Positions 36,992-46,314 are shown, counted from the first letter of the stretch. The stretch: 64,000 nucleotides of DNA from Chloroherpetonaceae bacterium (GCA_025056565.1 JANWWA010000002.1:179456-243455), one strand, 5' to 3'. The notes: generated from the sequence alone by a model not told the origin. Translations and numbers: made by a program.

Positions 36992-38497
36992 TTAGCACGA
37001 TGGCGACTCTGATGGAACAGGTTCAGGCTGTGCAGGTGCTTGCAGCTCTGGCGATACTGGAGAAGTAGGCGAAGACTGAGCCTTCAGCTCTTCAAACTTT
37101 TGCCGAAGAAATGCAATCGCAGCCTCACGCTCGTGTGGAATTTGACCATCCAGAATCGCATTCTCCATGGCTTTCTTCAAAATACCGACCAGCTTGCCCT
37201 CTGGGATTTGGAACATTTCCATAATCTCATGGCCGTTAATAGGCGGTCGCCACTTTGCCCACTTGTCCTTTTCTGCCACATCTGCCACTTTTTCTTCTAC
37301 CTTCGCAAAGTTTGCTAGAATTCGCTGCACCTTCTTCGGGTTCTTGCTGGTTACATCGGCGCGGCAAAGCAGCATAAGGTCATCTAAGTCCTCTCCGGCC
37401 TCTACCATCAAGCGGCGGATGGCAGAGTCTGTGATTTCATCTCGGTGTAGCGGAATCGGGCGCAGGTGCATACGCACCAGTTTTTGCACATATGGCAAAG
37501 GCTCCATCGGAAACTTCATTCGCTTGAAGATTTTAGGCAGCATGGCAGCGCCCAGCGCATCATGGCCGTGAAATGACCAGCCATGCCCCTTGATAAAGCG
37601 CTTGGTGCGAGGTTTGCCGATGTCATGCAACAGTGCTGCCATACGCAGCCAGAGCTTATCCGTCATTGCAGCACAGTTGTCGACCACTTTCAGCGTATGG
37701 TAAAATGTGTCCTTGTGCCCTAAGCCATCGACTTGTTCAACTCCAGCCATCAAGGTAAGCTCTGGGAAAATCTCTTCCAGCAATTTGGTGCGAAAGAGAA
37801 TCTCTAAGCCAATTGATGGCACGGGGGTTTTCATAATTTTAAGCAGCTCGTCGGTAATGCGCTCCTGCGAGACAATTTTGATACGCGTGCGCATTTTCTC
37901 CATTGCCGCCAGTGCAGCAGAGTCGACTTGAAACCCCAACTGGGCAGCAAAACGAGCGGCTCGCATCATTCGCAAAGGGTCATCTGAAAAGGTCGCTTCA
38001 GGGTCTAAGGGCGTGCGGAGTGTCTTCCGCTCCAAGTCTTGCAGACCACCGAAAAGATCAACCAGCTCACCGTAGCTCTGGGCATTGAGCGACACAGCCA
38101 GTGCATTCACCGTAAAATCACGCCGCATAAGGTCATCTTCCAGCGTGCCGATTGCCGTGATGGGCTTGCGGGAATCGGGGTTGTAGCTTTCTTTGCGCGC
38201 CCCAACAAACTCAAGCCGAACTTCACCCAACACGCTGTCATTGAGCGTCAGTTGCGCCGTGCGGAACCGCTCAAAGACAGCCATCGCCCACCCGTTTAGC
38301 TTCTGCTTGACAGTCTTGGCAAACGAAATTGGCTCACCGACCACCATAATGTCAATGTCCTTGCAAGCGCGCCCCAACAATCGGTCGCGCACATAGCCGC
38401 CAACGGCATAACAAGGCAAACCCATCTCATCGGCGATAGCCCCAAGGTGGCGAAAGAGCGGCTCACTGAGCTGAATCGTGGTTTCGTGTGTCGTCAT
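36992..38497 (-). CDS. cca: CCA-adding enzyme / poly(A) polymerase family tRNA nucleotidyltransferase with HD domain
   Basis: The nucleotidyltransferase head is GGYVRDRLLGRACKDIDIMV, followed by RDFTVNALA and DPLRMMRAARFAAQLGF. The HD region is LLHDIGKP. The C-terminal tail is Pro/Ser-rich. Confidence 0.88.
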   Translation of the reverse strand: MTTHETTIQLSEPLFRHLGAIADEMGLPCYAVGGYVRDRLLGRACKDIDIMVVGEPISFAKTVKQKLNGWAMAVFERFRTAQLTLNDSVLGEVRLEFVGARKESYNPDSRKPITAIGTLEDDLMRRDFTVNALAVSLNAQSYGELVDLFGGLQDLERKTLRTPLDPEATFSDDPLRMMRAARFAAQLGFQVDSAALAAMEKMRTRIKIVSQERITDELLKIMKTPVPSIGLEILFRTKLLEEIFPELTLMAGVEQVDGLGHKDTFYHTLKVVDNCAAMTDKLWLRMAALLHDIGKPRTKRFIKGHGWSFHGHDALGAAMLPKIFKRMKFPMEPLPYVQKLVRMHLRPIPLHRDEITDSAIRRLMVEAGEDLDDLMLLCRADVTSKNPKKVQRILANFAKVEEKVADVAEKDKWAKWRPPINGHEIMEMFQIPEGKLVGILKKAMENAILDGQIPHEREAAIAFLRQKFEELKAQSSPTSPVSPELQAPAQPEPVPSESPSC

Positions 38498-38677
38498 ACT
38501 TTCTCTGTTCTGAAACCTTGAATTTACGAATCCTTGTGGAACTGTTATGCAACGTTGCAGAATGCTATTAAGTTTTTGCCAGCGATAGATGCGCAGGAAG
38601 TATGGTGCATTCAGTGAGAATTCTCAGCGATGCGCTATCTTCACAAAAAGATACCTTCATCCTAAGCAAGTTAAGCG

Positions 38678-40318
38678 ATGCAAAAGGTGCTAACGGCGCA
38701 AGAGATGCGAGAAGTGGACTACGATGCAGTGGTCAAGCTCCGCATCACGGAAAAGCAGCTAATGGAGTTAGCGGGCAAAGAGTCGTGCAACATTCTCTTG
38801 CAGAAGTATGGTAATCTAGCAGGCAAGTCGTTTCTCATTTTAGCTGGTAAAGGCAACAACGGTGGCGATGGCATTGTGCTAGCGCGCCACCTGGTCAATG
38901 CGGGCGCAAAGGTGGATTTGGTGTATCTCTGCCAAACTGCACTCCTCAAGCAGGACGGCGCCGCAACGCTCAGGATTCTATCGCAATATGTGAGCTACAC
39001 CGACCAACTGCGTGCTATTGAAGCCGATGAAATGATTCCAGCATTCGTGATTGAGACAAAGTATGATTTTGTAGTCGATGCAATTTTGGGCACAGGCTAC
39101 AGACGCAGCAGTCACCCCAAAGGCATTCGACGCCGTGAAGCAAATAATCCATTTCTGCCCAAAATTTCTGAAGAAGCATTAGCTGAACCTGCGCCGCAGC
39201 CCGTTGAATTGCAACAAGAACTGCGTCCATCGCTCTCGCCGCTCATCAAAGAGGCAATTTTGCTCATCAATGAAAAGCGTGCCACCGAAGGAGCAACAGT
39301 TATTGCGCTCGACATTCCAACAGGAATTGACGGCACAACAGGCGAAGCAGATGAAGTAGCCGTCGAGGCTGATTTAACCATTGCATTGGGGTTCTTGAAG
39401 ACAGGCTTTTTCTTCGGCAAGGGGCGTCAGTGTGCAGGTGAAGTAGTGGTAGCAGATATTTCCATTCCGAAATTTTTAACTAAGCCTGAGCATTGTAATC
39501 TGGTCGATGAAGCCTTTGTGGCGTCGCACTTACCTGTGCGTTTGCCGCAAAGCGCTAAGCACGAAAATGGGAAAGTATTGGCTGTGGTAGGGTCGCAGTC
39601 AGAAGAGCATTCAATGATGGGCGCTGCACTAATGTCAATTCGAGCAGCCGTCAAAATGGGAGCAGGGTATGTGTGTGCTGCAGTGCCACCGTCCGCCTTT
39701 AATACCGTGCACCTTGCCATTCCTGAAGCTGTGCTAATTAGTCAAAGTGAAGAGCAGATTTGTGAGCGCGCACGCTGGGCAGATGCGATTTTAATTGGTT
39801 GTGGCTTAGGTAGAACGCCAGAACGACAAGCCTTAATAGCGCGATTGCTCACATCGCCCGACTTTCAGGACAAAAAACTGGTCATTGATGCCGATGCGCT
39901 CTACGCAATAGCCGAGCTGGGGTTGCTTGGGCAACTTCGACTGAGCAATGCCATTCTGACACCACATCTGGGTGAGTTTGAACGCCTGACCGGTGTGGCA
40001 GCCGAAGAAGTGAGTACTGACAAGCTCTACTACGCGCGCGAGTTTGCAAAGCAATACTCACTTGGGCTACTGCTCAAGGGGGCGCCAACCCTCATCGTGG
40101 CGCAGGGGCACTGTTACCTGAGCAATAGCGGCACCGCAGCCCTTGCCACAGCAGGCACAGGAGATGTGCTGGCAGGAATGATTGTCTCGCTGGCAGCGCA
40201 AGGTCTATCAATAGATGTTGCTGCAGCATGTGCAGCCTACCTACACGGTGAGGCAGGCAAAACTGCCGAAGAGGCGGTCGGAATGGTGTCTGCAACGGAT
40301 GTCTTACGTGCGCTCTAA
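38678..40318 (+). CDS. nnr: bifunctional NAD(P)H-hydrate repair enzyme (epimerase + ADP-dependent dehydratase)
   Basis: YjeF_N is LILAGKGNNGGDGIVLARHL...DAILGTG...ALDIPTGID. The YjeF_C carbohydrate-kinase part is HENGKVLAVVGS...ILTPHLGEFERL...GTGDVLAGMI. Confidence 0.9.
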   Translation: MQKVLTAQEMREVDYDAVVKLRITEKQLMELAGKESCNILLQKYGNLAGKSFLILAGKGNNGGDGIVLARHLVNAGAKVDLVYLCQTALLKQDGAATLRILSQYVSYTDQLRAIEADEMIPAFVIETKYDFVVDAILGTGYRRSSHPKGIRRREANNPFLPKISEEALAEPAPQPVELQQELRPSLSPLIKEAILLINEKRATEGATVIALDIPTGIDGTTGEADEVAVEADLTIALGFLKTGFFFGKGRQCAGEVVVADISIPKFLTKPEHCNLVDEAFVASHLPVRLPQSAKHENGKVLAVVGSQSEEHSMMGAALMSIRAAVKMGAGYVCAAVPPSAFNTVHLAIPEAVLISQSEEQICERARWADAILIGCGLGRTPERQALIARLLTSPDFQDKKLVIDADALYAIAELGLLGQLRLSNAILTPHLGEFERLTGVAAEEVSTDKLYYAREFAKQYSLGLLLKGAPTLIVAQGHCYLSNSGTAALATAGTGDVLAGMIVSLAAQGLSIDVAAACAAYLHGEAGKTAEEAVGMVSATDVLRAL

Positions 40319-40454
40319 ATTGCGCTGGAAAAATTGCACCAAGAACCAACTGAATGGTCGCTGCAGAACACACTGCTTCAAAAAGGTCGGATTGCACAGC
40401 CGCTCTGTGTAGCATGACTTAAACCGAGACTGCAAATCATCAGCGCAAAGCGAT

Positions 40455-41423
40455 ATGCCAACCAAACGCTCCGTAAACACGCCCGTCGCTGCATCAAGCA
40501 AAAAAGTGCAAGCAAAGCATCGCAGGGCGCACGCTGCCAAACAAACAAGCTCAACTTGTGACAGCAGGCGCGATGAGCACAAGAAACATCTTCAAACTGC
40601 GAAGCCAGAGACGCTTGGAGCGAAGTTTGAACGACTTTACGACATCGTGGAATTACTCCGAGCGGAATGCCCTTGGGACAGAGCACAAACGCCTGACTCG
40701 CTGGTGCATTTAACGCTGGAAGAAGTCTACGAGATGATTCACGCCGTTGATACCAAAGATGAAAAAGAGCTGAAAAAAGAGCTAGGCGACCTGCTGCTAC
40801 ACATTTGCTTCCAAGCCGTGTTAGCAAAAGAGCGAGAAGCCTTTTCAATGCCCGATGTCTTAGATGCAATTGCAGAAAAGCTCATTTTCCGTCACCCACA
40901 TGTTTTTGGCTCTGAGAGTGCCAAAACAGCCAGTGAAGTAATGCAGAATTGGGAAAAGCTGAAAATGAAAGAAGGACGGAAATCTGCATTGGAAGGTGTT
41001 CCGAAAGCAATGCCAGAGCTTTTGCGGGCCTACCGCGTGCAGGAAAAGGCGGCAGGCGTAGGCTTCGACTGGACGCACGCTGACGATGTCCTGAAGAAAA
41101 TTCAAGAAGAAATTGGAGAGCTAAAAGCGGCAACCAGTGCCGAAGAGCAAGAGGCAGAACTCGGTGATATTCTTTTTTCTCTGGTCAACTACTGCCGCTT
41201 TATCAAAGTAAATCCTGAAGATGCGCTGCGCAAAACAACAGAAAAGTTCATTCGGCGTTTTCGCTTCGTTGAGGAGCAAGTCCTAAAAAGTGGCAAAGCG
41301 TGGAGTGAATTTACACTGGCAGAACTTGATGAATTCTGGAACACTGCAAAGCAGAAGGAGAAACTGACGCAGAGTAGCATGCCCGAAAATGCCATCAATC
41401 AAAAAAACGCATTCTACCAATGA
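40455..41423 (+). CDS. mazG: nucleoside triphosphate pyrophosphohydrolase MazG with a basic N-terminal extension
   Basis: There are two MazG repeats: LRAECPWDRAQTPDSLVHLTLEEVYEMIHA...ELGDLLLHI, and RVQEKAAGVGFDW...EEIGELK...ELGDILFSLVN. The first ~55 aa are Lys/Arg/His-rich. Confidence 0.85.
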   Translation: MPTKRSVNTPVAASSKKVQAKHRRAHAAKQTSSTCDSRRDEHKKHLQTAKPETLGAKFERLYDIVELLRAECPWDRAQTPDSLVHLTLEEVYEMIHAVDTKDEKELKKELGDLLLHICFQAVLAKEREAFSMPDVLDAIAEKLIFRHPHVFGSESAKTASEVMQNWEKLKMKEGRKSALEGVPKAMPELLRAYRVQEKAAGVGFDWTHADDVLKKIQEEIGELKAATSAEEQEAELGDILFSLVNYCRFIKVNPEDALRKTTEKFIRRFRFVEEQVLKSGKAWSEFTLAELDEFWNTAKQKEKLTQSSMPENAINQKNAFYQ

Positions 41424-41794
41424 AAACATACCTTGCGCAGACCAGCTGCCTGCTACTATTCGTGCTGGCGGCTTGCCAGAGTTCACACGAACTGACGGAT
41501 GCTGAAAGGGCAAAATTTGATGCACGTCTTCAAGCACTCATTTCAGGCAGGACGGATATTGTAGAGTCGGATTACGATGTAACAGTTGCCAAAGACGGCA
41601 AAAAGCTATACGGGATTGTGGTGCGTGGTAGCTCAGCCGATGAGATTCGCAAGCTGGGGATTGCAGTAAATAGTGCGTTAGGTGAGATTATGACAGTGCG
41701 CTGCACGGTCGAAGAGATGAAGAAAATTGCCAAGCTTCCCTCCGTGAAAGCCATAGAAGCACCACCAAAAGCAGAGCTTTACCAAAACCAATAA
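41420..41794 (+). CDS. lipoprotein paralogous to the N-terminal prodomain of the downstream S8 peptidase
   Basis: The lipobox is LLFVLAAC. TDAERAKFDARLQALI...LGIAVNSALGEIMTVRCTVEEMKKIAKLPSVKAIE aligns by eye with SELERAKLHPTFQEML...KGLHINSDFGKFVTVMATPEELEMLVRMPEVQYVD of the next gene. It overlaps the mazG stop by 4 nt. Confidence 0.65.
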   Translation: MKTYLAQTSCLLLFVLAACQSSHELTDAERAKFDARLQALISGRTDIVESDYDVTVAKDGKKLYGIVVRGSSADEIRKLGIAVNSALGEIMTVRCTVEEMKKIAKLPSVKAIEAPPKAELYQNQ

Positions 41795-41821
41795 ATTTGC
41801 AACCTTAAAATCAAGCATCAA

Positions 41822-44641
41822 ATGAATCGCCAGCGTGTTGTTCTGTCGCTGCTTTTGCTGCTCTCTACTGCTTGGCCGTTGGTGGCTCAAAAGCGACCCA
41901 TAGCGCTCTCAGAGCTGGAGCGGGCAAAACTGCATCCGACCTTTCAAGAAATGCTACGCGCAGTGCGCAATGCAACCAGTTCAAGCAATAAATTTCCAGA
42001 AGCGTTCAATTTGCTTTGGCGTGAAGCGACTATCCACACAGGGCGTGTGCATGCCGTAGTTTGGACAGAAAATGCGGCTCTGCTGCGTGCAAAAGGACTG
42101 CACATCAACTCGGATTTTGGCAAGTTTGTAACTGTGATGGCGACGCCAGAGGAATTAGAAATGCTGGTACGCATGCCTGAGGTGCAATATGTGGATATGA
42201 TTCCGACCAGCGAAGTCACCGATGATGTGAGCGTGCCTGAAACTGGAGCAAATCTGTTACACGCAGGATTTTTGGGGGGACAGCGTTATACAGGACGAGG
42301 AGCTATCGTGGTGATTATTGATTCAGGAATTGACTGGCGGCACTTGGATTTTCGCGACCCAACCGATACGACCCGCACGCGCATTCTTTCCATCTGGGAC
42401 CAAACGCTGTCAGCACAGTCAGGCGAATCACCACCCGCTGGGTTTAACTACGGCGTCGAATACACGCAAGCACAGATTAATGCGGCACTGGCAGGTGGCA
42501 CGCCGCTCCGCACGAGAGACGAGAATGGACATGGCACCCATGTAGCAGGCATTGCAGTTGGCAACGGTCTGGCTTTTGCTGCTAGCACAGGTAACCTTGC
42601 CAATCGTCGCTTCATAGGCGTCGCCCCCGAAGCAGATATTATCGTCGTGCGCGCAGGAGTAGGCAGAGAAATTCGTGGCACGTGGATTGATGGTCTGCAG
42701 TATGCGCAAAATCGTGCCAGCGCATTGGGCAGACCTGTCGTGATTAACATGAGCTTTGGCTCAAACTTAGGACCGCGCGATGGCACCGATGCGGGCTCTG
42801 TAGCGATTGATGCCCTGAGCAATACACCCGGACGCATCTGTGTCGCTGCAGCAGGCAATAGCGGTGCGGATTCTTTGCACATTGCAGGTAGCATCGCAGC
42901 AGGTGGCTCTGCTACAATTGAATTTCAAGTTCAACGCACCACAGCCGCACTGACACCTGGTGCATCTAACGATGGATTCGAGTTTGAAGTGTGGCTAAAT
43001 AACAACGCAGCCGTAACGGCTACGCTGACGGCGCCAAACGGTGGCACGCTCTTCACAGCTGCAGATGGACAGAGCGGCACAGCCTCTGACAACACGCAGG
43101 GCACAGTGGCGTTCTCAAATAGCGTTTCGGCAGGCAATGGTCACCGCCGCATCAGTTTCAGCGTCCGTGATGTGGATACCACGCGTCCTCCTGCTTCGGG
43201 CACTTGGCTACTGACGCTTTCTAACCCTAGTGCGCCAGTATCGTTTGATGGGTATCGCAATACACTAAGTGCGGCCTATACTGTGCGTCTTGTCGGAGGC
43301 GACACTCGCCAGACTATTGGAGGTGGCTTAAACAGCGCACGACGGGCGATTACTGTGGGCAGCTATGCAACACGCTGGTTCTGGCAAGCAGCTAATGGCT
43401 CAACATTCGGCCTAACGGCAACAGACCGCACAGGTAACATTTCCACATTCAGTAGCTTGGGGCCGACACGTGATGGACGCATAAAGCCAGACATTGCGGC
43501 GCCGGGACAAATGATTATTGCAGCACTCTCTGCGACTGCCACCAATCCCAGTCCACCAGCTGCTTCAAGTATTGCTGTAGGCGGACGGCATCAGGTTCTA
43601 AATGGCACAAGTATGGCAGCCCCACATGTAACAGGCGCAGTAGCATTAATGCTGGCCGTAAATCCTACGCTCACTTGGGAGCAAGTACGGACAGTGCTGC
43701 AACAGACGGCGAATGTGGATGCCTTCACAGGCAGCGTGCCCAACAACACATGGGGAGCCGGCAAGCTGGATGCGCTGGAGGCTGTAGCACGCACCGTTCA
43801 GAGCGCATCAACCGTGCGTCAAACCGTACTGGTCTATGACCAGAACATAGCAGGCTTTGCATTTGGTTTGCGCGACACCCGCCGCTTTGCCGTGCGTTTT
43901 ACGCCAACAGTGTCAGGCCGCATAACTGGTGCATTTATCCGCTTAGTGCCTGCAACAGGGACTTTACCCGTAACAGGCACTGGACCACTAAACCTCGAGA
44001 TTTTTAGCGACAATCAAGGTGTGCCGGGCACGCGCATCGGCAATCTGGTTACGCAAAGTTTCTTGCAACTGAGCGGTGGTAATGCATATCTGGATTTGCT
44101 CGGTGCGCGCGTAGATGTCGTGTCAGGCATAAACTATCACCTCGTGCTCTCACTGGCGAACCCCGCTTCTGGCGACACGCTGCTGCTAGGAGGCGATAAT
44201 GGATCCGCACCTACTAACCGCTCATCGGTCTTCCAGAATGGACAGTGGGCAAATTTTGATGGACCAAACTCACCTCTTACAGGCACCGCACGAAGCTCTA
44301 ACTTGATGATTCGGCCTATCATCACAACCGTGACGGGCATCTCTTCAGTAGCTGAAGAACGCACTTTGCAGCCGCTGCGATTTGAGTTGGCGCAAAACTA
44401 TCCCAATCCGTTTAACCCCAGCACAACCATTCGCTTCACCATTCCACGAAGCGAAAGCGTGCAGTTAGACATCTATGACATTTTGGGGCGTAAGGTTGCA
44501 ACCCTATTGCAAAATGAACGGCTCCCTGCAGGCATTTACACTGTGCCGTTCAACGCTGCAGCACTCTCCAGCGGTGTCTATTTCTACCAGCTTCGCGCTG
44601 GAACATTCAAAGACACAAAGAAAATGTTGCTGCTTAAGTAA
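41822..44641 (+). CDS. S8 family subtilisin-like serine peptidase with N-terminal prodomain and T9SS (Por) C-terminal sorting domain
   Basis: The catalytic triad contexts are VVIIDSGIDWRHLDF (Asp), HGTHVAGIA (His) and GTSMAAPHVTGAVALM (Ser). The C-terminal ~80 aa, NYPNPFNPSTTIRFTIP...VYFYQLRAG...KKMLLLK, are the typical T9SS CTD. Confidence 0.92.
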   Translation: MNRQRVVLSLLLLLSTAWPLVAQKRPIALSELERAKLHPTFQEMLRAVRNATSSSNKFPEAFNLLWREATIHTGRVHAVVWTENAALLRAKGLHINSDFGKFVTVMATPEELEMLVRMPEVQYVDMIPTSEVTDDVSVPETGANLLHAGFLGGQRYTGRGAIVVIIDSGIDWRHLDFRDPTDTTRTRILSIWDQTLSAQSGESPPAGFNYGVEYTQAQINAALAGGTPLRTRDENGHGTHVAGIAVGNGLAFAASTGNLANRRFIGVAPEADIIVVRAGVGREIRGTWIDGLQYAQNRASALGRPVVINMSFGSNLGPRDGTDAGSVAIDALSNTPGRICVAAAGNSGADSLHIAGSIAAGGSATIEFQVQRTTAALTPGASNDGFEFEVWLNNNAAVTATLTAPNGGTLFTAADGQSGTASDNTQGTVAFSNSVSAGNGHRRISFSVRDVDTTRPPASGTWLLTLSNPSAPVSFDGYRNTLSAAYTVRLVGGDTRQTIGGGLNSARRAITVGSYATRWFWQAANGSTFGLTATDRTGNISTFSSLGPTRDGRIKPDIAAPGQMIIAALSATATNPSPPAASSIAVGGRHQVLNGTSMAAPHVTGAVALMLAVNPTLTWEQVRTVLQQTANVDAFTGSVPNNTWGAGKLDALEAVARTVQSASTVRQTVLVYDQNIAGFAFGLRDTRRFAVRFTPTVSGRITGAFIRLVPATGTLPVTGTGPLNLEIFSDNQGVPGTRIGNLVTQSFLQLSGGNAYLDLLGARVDVVSGINYHLVLSLANPASGDTLLLGGDNGSAPTNRSSVFQNGQWANFDGPNSPLTGTARSSNLMIRPIITTVTGISSVAEERTLQPLRFELAQNYPNPFNPSTTIRFTIPRSESVQLDIYDILGRKVATLLQNERLPAGIYTVPFNAAALSSGVYFYQLRAGTFKDTKKMLLLK

Positions 44642-44876
44642 AGCTGGTTAAGTAAATAAAACTGAACAATCGGAGCACAAACGCGCTCAAACCTTATGCC
44701 GGAACGAGGTGGGCAGCCATGCAACCTTGCAGTTTGGAATTACGAAAACCGTGCAAGCCATGTATGGGCACTATTGCATTCGCAAGTACGATTTCCTCTG
44801 GGAAGTGGCTTGGAGTTAGCTAAAAATCCAGACACAACGCAGCCTAATAATTGCCTCACTTGAACTGAGACACGCT

Positions 44877-46181
44877 ATGCCAAAACTAACGATTCTAAAT
44901 CTTCTTCTCTACATTGGGTTGCATCTTACCGTTGGCTTTTACCTTTTTCGCAAAGTCAGCCAGTTGCTTAGCGGCTTTGACATCAAGGATAGGCAGCGTG
45001 TGCGGAAGTGGGCAGGCTGGACGGTGGCAAGTTTGATGAGCTTACCAACGCTTGGCTTTGCACTGAACCGTATTGAAGAACTGCGTGGCTCACTGCTGAA
45101 TAATACGATTTTCCTTATCGGTAGCGCGTGGATTCTTTGGGTAATGATTGCGCTGGTGCTGCTGGTGCCAGCCGATGTGCTAATGTGGCTGTTGCGGCGT
45201 CTTTATGCAGTCTGGCAGTACATTCTAAGTTACGCTCGCTTGCGCCGTCCAGCTGAAAGCACAGCGCCAGCGTTGCTCAGAGTGGAAGATGCTCCACTAG
45301 CGACGTTGCCCGCAGAAGATGATGTGGTGACGGTAGTCATGCCCCAGCTCTCACGCCGTGCATTTCTGAGGCAGGTTGCGCCGTTAGCTTTAGGGTTTGC
45401 CGCCCCCAGCGTCATTACGGGTTACAGCCTGCTGAACAATCGCACAGAGTTTATCATCAACCGAATGACCTTGCGCTTTCCAGATTTGCCGCTGGAATTG
45501 CAAGGACTCAAAATTGCACACCTAAGCGACATTCACTCCGGCATCTATATGCCCGAGCGCAAAATGGAGGAAATTGCCGAAGCGGTTAATGCTTTGCAGC
45601 CTGACCTTGTGGCAATGACCGGCGACTTCATAATGAGCCACAGAGATGAAATTGAGCCGTTTGTAAGAGCTTTTGTACGCTTGCGCTCAACGTTTGGCAC
45701 ATTCGCCTGTGCAGGAAACCATGATGAGTGGGTAGGACTGGAGCACTTCGAGGAGGCGATGCGTCAGCATCGGCAGCGGTTGCTGCGCAACGAGACCGCC
45801 GTGTTGTGTATTGATGGAGTGCAACTGAATGTGATAGGCGTGGATTTTGCCCGCTCAAACCCGCATCTCTTGAAAGAGGCTCTAAAGACCGCACACCCTG
45901 AGGGCTTCAAATTGCTGCTTTGCCACTACCCCGACTACTTCACTACGGCAAAGCAAGCTGGCGTGGATTTGATGCTCGCTGGACATACGCACGGCGGACA
46001 AATCGCGCTGGACTTGGGCGGCATTTCACTCTATCCGATTGACCTTTTCTACAAGTACCCGCGTGGGCTTTACGAGGAAGGCAAGCAAAAGCTGTATGTG
46101 AATTTAGGGGTAGGCTTTTCAGCAACGCCAATTCGCACTGTGCAGCCTGAAATTGCTCTCATTACATTGGCGCGGTTGTGA
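44877..46181 (+). CDS. membrane-anchored calcineurin-like metallophosphoesterase (YkuE-like)
   Basis: N-terminal TM helices are followed by HLSDIH, GDFIMSH, GNHD and GHTHGGQ metallophosphatase motifs. Confidence 0.85.
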   Translation: MPKLTILNLLLYIGLHLTVGFYLFRKVSQLLSGFDIKDRQRVRKWAGWTVASLMSLPTLGFALNRIEELRGSLLNNTIFLIGSAWILWVMIALVLLVPADVLMWLLRRLYAVWQYILSYARLRRPAESTAPALLRVEDAPLATLPAEDDVVTVVMPQLSRRAFLRQVAPLALGFAAPSVITGYSLLNNRTEFIINRMTLRFPDLPLELQGLKIAHLSDIHSGIYMPERKMEEIAEAVNALQPDLVAMTGDFIMSHRDEIEPFVRAFVRLRSTFGTFACAGNHDEWVGLEHFEEAMRQHRQRLLRNETAVLCIDGVQLNVIGVDFARSNPHLLKEALKTAHPEGFKLLLCHYPDYFTTAKQAGVDLMLAGHTHGGQIALDLGGISLYPIDLFYKYPRGLYEEGKQKLYVNLGVGFSATPIRTVQPEIALITLARL

Positions 46182-46300
46182 TGCACCGCACAGCTGAGCA
46201 ATGCCTTTACAAAAAATTGTGAAAACCTCAAAACTTTTTTGCAACCATTTTCGTTTATTAGGTTGCCCTGCAGTTTATGGTTTCTGCAAGGCTTTTTCAT
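46070..46300 (-). CDS. candidate small Cys-containing protein (76 aa) preceded by a perfect Shine-Dalgarno sequence; reality uncertain
   Basis: The minus strand reads TTAAGGAGGTGCTCT-ATG. AAGGAGGTG is a 9-nt complement to the anti-SD and sits 6 nt from the ATG at 46300. However, the 3' 112 nt run antisense to the end of the metallophosphoesterase gene, and the sequence matches no known family. Confidence 0.3.
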   Translation of the reverse strand: MKKPCRNHKLQGNLINENGCKKVLRFSQFFVKALLSCAVHHNRANVMRAISGCTVRIGVAEKPTPKFTYSFCLPSS

Positions 46301-46314
46301 AGAGCACCTCCTTA

